Shown here in pieces: positions 58,956 to 64,000 of a DNA stretch of 64,000 bases. The DNA lies in NCBI GenBank assembly GCA_029565685.1, contig JAKQNR010000001.1, forward strand, positions 5,710-69,709, given 5' to 3'. Position 1 is the first letter of the stretch; the number at the start of each line of letters is the position of its first letter. The stretch comes from a bacterium. GTDB lineage: Bacteria; Zhuqueibacterota; Zhuqueibacteria; Residuimicrobiales; Residuimicrobiaceae. The notes below the pieces were generated by a model. The model searched no databases. It was given only the letters and a program-made list of their open reading frames with translations, and had not been told where the DNA came from. A program made the position numbers and the translations under genes.

Positions 58956-60992
58956 ATGTGCGGCATTAGCGGCATTTTGCGCTGGAACGGGTCCCGGCCT
59001 GAAGACCCCCGACGGCTGGCGGACATGGTGCACCGTCTCGGTCATCGCGGTCCGGACGGCAGAGGGCTGTATTTGGACGATTGGATCAGCCTGGGGCATA
59101 CACGCCTGAGCCTGATCGATCTCAAGGGCGGTTTTCAACCCATCAGCAACGAAGAGGGCACTCTGTGGCTGGTGTGCAACGGAGAGATCTTTAATTATAT
59201 TGAATTGCGTCAGCTGCTGCGCCGGCAAGGCCATCAGTTCTGCAGCGACTCGGACGTGGAGGTGGTCGTCCATCTGTATGAGATCTTTGGCGATGAATTC
59301 GTCAACTATCTCAACGGCCAGTTCGCTCTGGCGCTGTGGGACCAACGGCGACAACGACTGGTCCTGGCCCGGGATCACATCGGCATCTGCCCTCTCTATT
59401 ATTATCAGGACGCAGACCGTTTCATCTTCGCTTCCGAGATCAAGGCGCTGCTGCAGCTGCCGGACCTGCCGCGTGAATGGAATTTTCCCGCGTTGCTGCA
59501 AACGTTCACCTTCTGGTCGCCGCTGCCCGGGGACACGCCTTTCAGGGGCATTCAGGAGGTCAAGCCCGGCTGTCTTCAGGTCTTGACCAGGGACTCTTGT
59601 TCGGAAAAAAAATGGTGGTCCTGCACCTTCGCCCCGGAGCCGACAGAGATGCTCGCGCAACCCGATGAAGCGGACGAGGCGCTTCGCGAACTCCTGACCG
59701 ATGCCGTCCGGATCCGTCTGCGTGCGGACGTTCCGGTAGGCGCCTACCTGAGCGGCGGACTAGATTCCTCGATCACCACCGCCCTGATGCATAAAGTCCA
59801 TGCCGGGCGATTAAAAACATTCTCCATCGGCTTTGAGAACGAGTCTTTTGATGAAACGCCCTATCAAGACGCCATGATTCACCATCTGAACACGGAGCAT
59901 TCGCGGATTCGCTGCAGCGATGAGGAGATTGCCCGGGCGTTGCCCCAGGCGGTTCTTCAGGCGGAAAAACCCCTGCTGCGTTCAGCCCCGGCCCCTATGT
60001 GGCTGCTTTCCAGCCTGGTGCGTCGGGAGGATTTTAAAGTCGTGCTGACCGGCGAAGGGGCGGACGAATATTTCAGCGGCTATAATATCTACAAAGAGAC
60101 AAAAATCCGCGCCTTTATCGCCCGCCAGCCCGGTTCAGCCATGCGCAAAAAACTGTTGCAAAAGCTCTATCCTTATCTGGAGCAGGGAAAAGCGCGTCAA
60201 ACAACTTTCTGGCAGGATTATTTTCTCAAAGACGTCTCTGCCACGGACGACCTCTATTATTCTCATCGTCTTCGCTGGCAGAACGGGCCATTCATCCGCC
60301 AATTTCTCCACCCTGAACTGCAGCGCGCCTGGGAAGGCTATGACCCGCAGGCGGATCTCGACAGCCGCATGCATGCTCAGCTCCTGGGCCTCGGCCCGTT
60401 GGCAAGAGCGCATGTGCTGGAGACCGGCCTCTTTCTGCCCGGCTATCTCATCAGTTCTCAGGGGGATCGTATGTTGATGGCCCACGGCATTGAAGGACGC
60501 TATCCCTTCCTGGACAAACGCGTGATCCACTTGGCCACGCTGCTGGCGCCGGCGTTGAAACTAAAGGCGTTGAATGAAAAATGGATTTTGAAAAAGACCT
60601 TTGGCGCCATGCTGCCGCGGGCGATCGTGGCGCGCGCCAAACAACCCTATCGCGCGCCCATCCGCGGTCTGGTCCAGGCCGGCGAACAGAACGGCTGGCA
60701 TCATCTCGATGTAGACAGAGTTCGGCAGGGCGGGCTGTTCAATACGGAACGAGTCGAATGGCTGAAACGCAAAGTTCTGGACCGCCAGGCCAGCGTATCC
60801 GCACGGGATGAGATGGCGGTCCTGGCGGTGATCACTCTGCATATGCTGCAGGACGCTTTTATCTCGAATCACCAGCGAAATGTGGAATCGGATGAACGGC
60901 TTTATCCGACCATCGACCGAAGAACCGCCGCACCGCGCGCACGGGATGCCGATTCAGGCTCTCCGATCGCATCCCGTTTGATGACCGGTTGA
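58956..60992 (+). CDS. asnB: Asparagine synthetase (glutamine-hydrolysing), AsnB family, of the kind commonly found in EPS loci
   Basis: 678 aa. It has MCGISGIL with the N-terminal Cys nucleophile and a PP-loop SGGLDSS. Confidence 0.9.
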   Translation: MCGISGILRWNGSRPEDPRRLADMVHRLGHRGPDGRGLYLDDWISLGHTRLSLIDLKGGFQPISNEEGTLWLVCNGEIFNYIELRQLLRRQGHQFCSDSDVEVVVHLYEIFGDEFVNYLNGQFALALWDQRRQRLVLARDHIGICPLYYYQDADRFIFASEIKALLQLPDLPREWNFPALLQTFTFWSPLPGDTPFRGIQEVKPGCLQVLTRDSCSEKKWWSCTFAPEPTEMLAQPDEADEALRELLTDAVRIRLRADVPVGAYLSGGLDSSITTALMHKVHAGRLKTFSIGFENESFDETPYQDAMIHHLNTEHSRIRCSDEEIARALPQAVLQAEKPLLRSAPAPMWLLSSLVRREDFKVVLTGEGADEYFSGYNIYKETKIRAFIARQPGSAMRKKLLQKLYPYLEQGKARQTTFWQDYFLKDVSATDDLYYSHRLRWQNGPFIRQFLHPELQRAWEGYDPQADLDSRMHAQLLGLGPLARAHVLETGLFLPGYLISSQGDRMLMAHGIEGRYPFLDKRVIHLATLLAPALKLKALNEKWILKKTFGAMLPRAIVARAKQPYRAPIRGLVQAGEQNGWHHLDVDRVRQGGLFNTERVEWLKRKVLDRQASVSARDEMAVLAVITLHMLQDAFISNHQRNVESDERLYPTIDRRTAAPRARDADSGSPIASRLMTG

Positions 60993-61072
60993 TAAAAGGC
61001 GAATAATTTTCGAACCTGTGGCCTTTCACAGGAAAATGATAATCGAGTGGATCGTAGTCCAGGAAGGGCTGA

Positions 61073-62077
61073 ATGCGGAAACCTTCAATGCATCAAGTGT
61101 TCAATGCCGAACAGACCAGCGCAGAGCTGGAGAGATGGATTCGCTCCTCGATTCAGCAAAGGTTGAAAAAGCGCGGCGCCGTGGTCGGCCTCAGCGGAGG
61201 CATCGATTCCAGCGTGGTGGCCAGCCTCTGCTGCCGCGCTCTGGGTCCTCAGCGCGTGGTGGGCATCGCCATGCCGGAAAAAGACTCCAGCCCGGAGAGC
61301 CTGACGTTGGCCCGGAGGCTGGCGCAACAGCTGAATATCGAGCTGGCCATCGAGGATTTGACGCCTGCCCTGGAGGGGCTGGGTGCGTATCATCGGCGCG
61401 ATGCGGCGGTCAGACGGATTTTTCCCGATTACCGCGAGGGGCAGGGATTCAAGATCACTCTGCAATCCAGGCCGCTGGAATCCAACACCCTGAATGTCTT
61501 TCAGATCACGCGAGTGGATGAACAGGGGGGCGAAGAATCCGTTCGGCTGAACTATGCCGACTATGCGCAGATCGTAGCCGCCTCGAACATGAAACAGCGG
61601 TTGCGCATGACCACCCTGTACTTTCACGCGGAACAGCGCAATTATGCGGTGGCGGGCACAGGCAATAAAAACGAAATCCAGTTGGGCTTTTTCGTCAAGT
61701 ATGGGGACGGCGGCTCGGATCTGGCGCCCATCGGCCATCTGTACAAATCGCAGATCTTTCAACTCGCCGAGTTCCTGCGAATCCCAGGCGAAATCATCTC
61801 GAGAAAACCGACGACGGACACTTACCCGGCGGAGGTGACGCAGGAGGACTTTTTTTTCCGCGTCGCGTTTTCGACTCTGGATGCGATCTGGGAAGAAATG
61901 GAGAACGGCCGGGATGCGGAGACGATCGCCCAGCGCCTGCAGCTGTCGCCGCAGCAGGCGCAACGAGTGATGAACGACATCAAGCAAAAACATACCAACA
62001 CCCAGTATCTGCGCCTGCCTCCTTTGACGTTTCCTCCGCCTGCGCCTGAGGGCCGCGATGAGGAACAAAGCGGGTGA
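61073..62077 (+). CDS. NAD+ synthetase-like PP-loop amidotransferase (NadE family)
   Basis: 334 aa. It has the PP-loop VVGLSGGIDSSVVASL, the NadE signature FVKYGDGGSDLAPIGHLYKSQIFQLAEFLRIPGEIISRKPTTD and a C-terminal extension of about 60 aa. Confidence 0.7.
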   Translation: MRKPSMHQVFNAEQTSAELERWIRSSIQQRLKKRGAVVGLSGGIDSSVVASLCCRALGPQRVVGIAMPEKDSSPESLTLARRLAQQLNIELAIEDLTPALEGLGAYHRRDAAVRRIFPDYREGQGFKITLQSRPLESNTLNVFQITRVDEQGGEESVRLNYADYAQIVAASNMKQRLRMTTLYFHAEQRNYAVAGTGNKNEIQLGFFVKYGDGGSDLAPIGHLYKSQIFQLAEFLRIPGEIISRKPTTDTYPAEVTQEDFFFRVAFSTLDAIWEEMENGRDAETIAQRLQLSPQQAQRVMNDIKQKHTNTQYLRLPPLTFPPPAPEGRDEEQSG

Positions 62078-62156
62078 CGAAAAAGACAAGCGAGCCCAGC
62101 AAAACGGCGGCAGGAAACAGCTTACGAACGCATTAGCAGGGGAAAGGAAATACCAT

Positions 62157-62453
62157 ATGCCGATTCAAGAGGCGATTCGAAAATATATCGTGGAAAATTT
62201 TCTCTTCGGCGATGCCACGGGATTGCAGGATGACGACCCCTTGCGGGAAAAAGGCATCATCGATTCCACCGGAGTGCTCGAGTTGATCAGTTTCCTGGAG
62301 AGCCATTTTTCCATCGTCATCGAAGATCTGGAGATTATCCCGGAAAATCTGGATACGATCGCCCGCATGAGCGCCTTTGTGAAGGCCAAGCAAGAGGGGA
62401 AGCCGGTGAAGCATTGGGAGATGGAACCGCAACAGGAAGACATCCATGCCTGA
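62157..62453 (+). CDS. Acyl carrier protein-like (phosphopantetheine attachment site)
   Basis: About 98 aa, taken from the internal ATG preceded by AGGGGAAAGGAAA. DPLREKGIIDSTGVLELISFLE contains the DS(L/T)-type phosphopantetheinylation motif. The ORF track's longer version starts at 62058. Confidence 0.6.
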   Translation: MPIQEAIRKYIVENFLFGDATGLQDDDPLREKGIIDSTGVLELISFLESHFSIVIEDLEIIPENLDTIARMSAFVKAKQEGKPVKHWEMEPQQEDIHA

Positions 62454-62500
62454 TGCCGGGAGAAGCGCAGTGACGGTTTGGCAACGTATGGAGTGAATGC

Positions 62501-63817
62501 ATGAACATACTGTTTCTTTCGCCGGAGATCCCTTTTCCAGCGGACGGCGGTCACCATTTGCGAACGCTGAATATTTTGAAAATTTTGGCGCAAAAGCACA
62601 AAATCTACTTTGTCGCCTTTGCCCAGAACCGTTCAGAGTTCGAGTACGTAGCGGAAATGGAGAAATACTGCAAACAGGTGCACCTGTTTCCAGTGGCCAA
62701 GACCGGCTTCAACGTCCCATTCATCCTGCTCGCGCTGCGCAATCTCTTTTCGCGCACACCGGTCATCGCGCAGCGCTATTTTCTGAAATCCGCCTGTCGA
62801 AAGATCAACGAGATCCAGCAAACCCAGTCCATCGATCTGGTGCACATCGACATGCTGGCGCTGGGCCTATACCAGAGTTGTTTCAGCGAAAAGCCTGTGC
62901 TGCTGACCGATCATAACGTGGAATCGCTGCGCCTGTACCGCTGGATGAAAGTGCACGAGAATCCCCTGTTCAAGGCCTATTTGTGGTGTCAATATCAAAA
63001 AATGCGTCTTTTCGAAAAACGCATCTGCAGCAGCGTCACGCATTGCACCGTGGTCTCTCATCACGATCTCATTCTGCTCGGCAACCTCTGCGAAAAAGGT
63101 CATTTTTCCGTGATCCCGAACGGAGTGGATACCGACTACTTTTACCCCATGGAAACGCCCAGCCTGCCGCTCAGAATGGTCTGGGTGGGCGGAATGAAGA
63201 GTCCGTACAACGCCGATGCCGTGGATTATTTTTTAGCAAAGATATGGCCGATCATCCGCGACGCGGTGCCGTCGGCCTCCATCGATTTCATCGGCGCAGC
63301 GCCGACCGACCGTTTGCTGAAATGCGCAGCCCAGGATCGCCGGCTCAACGTCCTGGGATTCCTGCCCGATATCCGGCGACAGGTCCAGCAGGCCGGCGTT
63401 TTCATTGCCCCCATTCGCAGCGGCAGCGGCACCAAACTCAAAGTGCTGAACGCCATGGCCCAGGCCAAGGCCGTCGTCGCCACCACCTGTGCGGCGGAGG
63501 GCATCGAGGCCCAGGATGGCAAACATCTTTTCATCGCCCAGGACGATCGCCATTTTGCCGATCTGGTCATCCGCTTGCTTCGCCATCCGCAGATCGCTGA
63601 ACAGGTCGGCCGCGACGCACGACGCCTTATCGAGGAGACCTACAGCTGGCGAGTCATCGCGCGGGATCTGGACGTATTATATGAAAGCTTTTACCAGCGC
63701 CGTCAACCCGTTGAACCGATCATAAGAAAATCCTCAAGTCCGGCGACCACTGTATTCCGGCGGTGCCATTCCATCATTCACCACTGGAAAATACAATCCA
63801 TCCCTAAGGAGGGGTGA
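62501..63817 (+). CDS. Glycosyltransferase family 4, resembling the PEP-CTERM/EpsH1-associated sugar transferase subfamily
   Basis: 438 aa. N-terminal MNILFLSPEIPFPADGGHHLRTLNILKILA matches the pattern of that subfamily. The C-terminal GT4 motif is present (GSGTKLKVLNAMAQAKAVVAT). Confidence 0.75.
   Translation: MNILFLSPEIPFPADGGHHLRTLNILKILAQKHKIYFVAFAQNRSEFEYVAEMEKYCKQVHLFPVAKTGFNVPFILLALRNLFSRTPVIAQRYFLKSACRKINEIQQTQSIDLVHIDMLALGLYQSCFSEKPVLLTDHNVESLRLYRWMKVHENPLFKAYLWCQYQKMRLFEKRICSSVTHCTVVSHHDLILLGNLCEKGHFSVIPNGVDTDYFYPMETPSLPLRMVWVGGMKSPYNADAVDYFLAKIWPIIRDAVPSASIDFIGAAPTDRLLKCAAQDRRLNVLGFLPDIRRQVQQAGVFIAPIRSGSGTKLKVLNAMAQAKAVVATTCAAEGIEAQDGKHLFIAQDDRHFADLVIRLLRHPQIAEQVGRDARRLIEETYSWRVIARDLDVLYESFYQRRQPVEPIIRKSSSPATTVFRRCHSIIHHWKIQSIPKEG
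63806..63812 (+). promoter_or_regulatory. Shine-Dalgarno AAGGAGG, 7 nt upstream of the ATG at 63820
   Basis: taaggagggg directly precedes the AMP-ligase start. Confidence 0.6.
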
Positions 63818-63819
63818 CG

Positions 63820-64000
63820 ATGAATAGTGCAGAGTATTTGTTGGCTTCCGGGAGAAAACAGGATAAGGTTCTGTTCTGCGAAAACGCACGTTTCACCTAT
63901 GCGGACCTCCACCAGGCAAGCCGGCGGCTGGCCGCCGAATTGCTCCGCCTGGACGTGCACCCCAGGGATTGCGTGGGCATTCTGGACAACAATTCACTCT
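63820..64000 (+). CDS. AMP-dependent synthetase/ligase (acyl-CoA / acyl-ACP synthetase-like), N-terminal fragment that runs off the window
   Basis: The fragment reads ...FTYADLHQASRRLAAELLRLDVHPRDCVGILDNNS, the N-terminal pattern of the AMP-binding enzyme family. It is co-located with the ACP. Confidence 0.6.
   Translation, partial: MNSAEYLLASGRKQDKVLFCENARFTYADLHQASRRLAAELLRLDVHPRDCVGILDNNSL

Overview
The window is about 60% GC and its gene content suggests an FCB-group-like bacterium: a bifunctional LpxC/FabZ, an UpxY-family NusG paralog, a T9SS-type C-terminal sorting domain and a LolA/BamA/Skp cell envelope. At the same time, Shine-Dalgarno sites are in use. Three blocks can be distinguished. 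(A) Positions 1-23200 are a polysaccharide locus read leftwards. Its order is wza-like, fused wzc, an upxY-like antiterminator, a 151-bp tandem-repeat array, G/C-tract repeat arrays, a UDP-HexNAc dehydrogenase gene and fcl. Next comes a DUF559 endonuclease-like ORF bracketed by inverted copies of the repeat, then a pair of zinc-ribbon membrane miniproteins. These are followed by a roughly 12.6-kb low-GC (about 30%) horizontally acquired Wzx/Wzy repeat-unit cassette at about 1760-14350. The cassette encodes a GT9, a CDP-alcohol phosphotransferase, a T9SS-CTD cargo protein, an HddC/LicC-like nucleotidyltransferase, a GT2, Wzy, a GT4, a methyltransferase, Wzx, a second GT4 and an HddA-like GHMP kinase. 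It ends in a chimeric WecB/TagA glycosyltransferase gene and a WbaP-like initiating phosphotransferase that runs off the window edge. (B) Positions 23200-48200 are core housekeeping and outer-membrane biogenesis genes: lolA, ftsK, comB, gcvT, rseP, dxr, lpxA, lpxC/fabZ, lpxD, skp, bamA, uppS, mtnA, waaA, glpK and a LemA/TPM operon. (C) Positions 49100-64000 are a second, plus-strand exopolysaccharide locus. It has a PEGA protein, an Fn3-repeat protein, Wza, a split chain-length determinant plus BY-kinase and a DegT aminotransferase. It also has an unusual fusion of a monotopic phosphoglycosyl transferase to a PglF/CapD dehydratase, followed by AsnB, NadE-like, ACP, a GT4 and an AMP-ligase, which are the hallmarks of PEP-CTERM/exosortase-type loci. 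No rRNA, tRNA or CRISPR was recognised. The most unusual signals are the low-GC cassette with its embedded T9SS cargo gene, the repeat-bracketed DUF559 and fcl cassette, the 151-bp CCCGGG-rich tandem array placed directly after upxY, the PGT-PglF fusion, the zinc-ribbon miniprotein pair and a candidate sRNA locus in a 940-bp noncoding gap.
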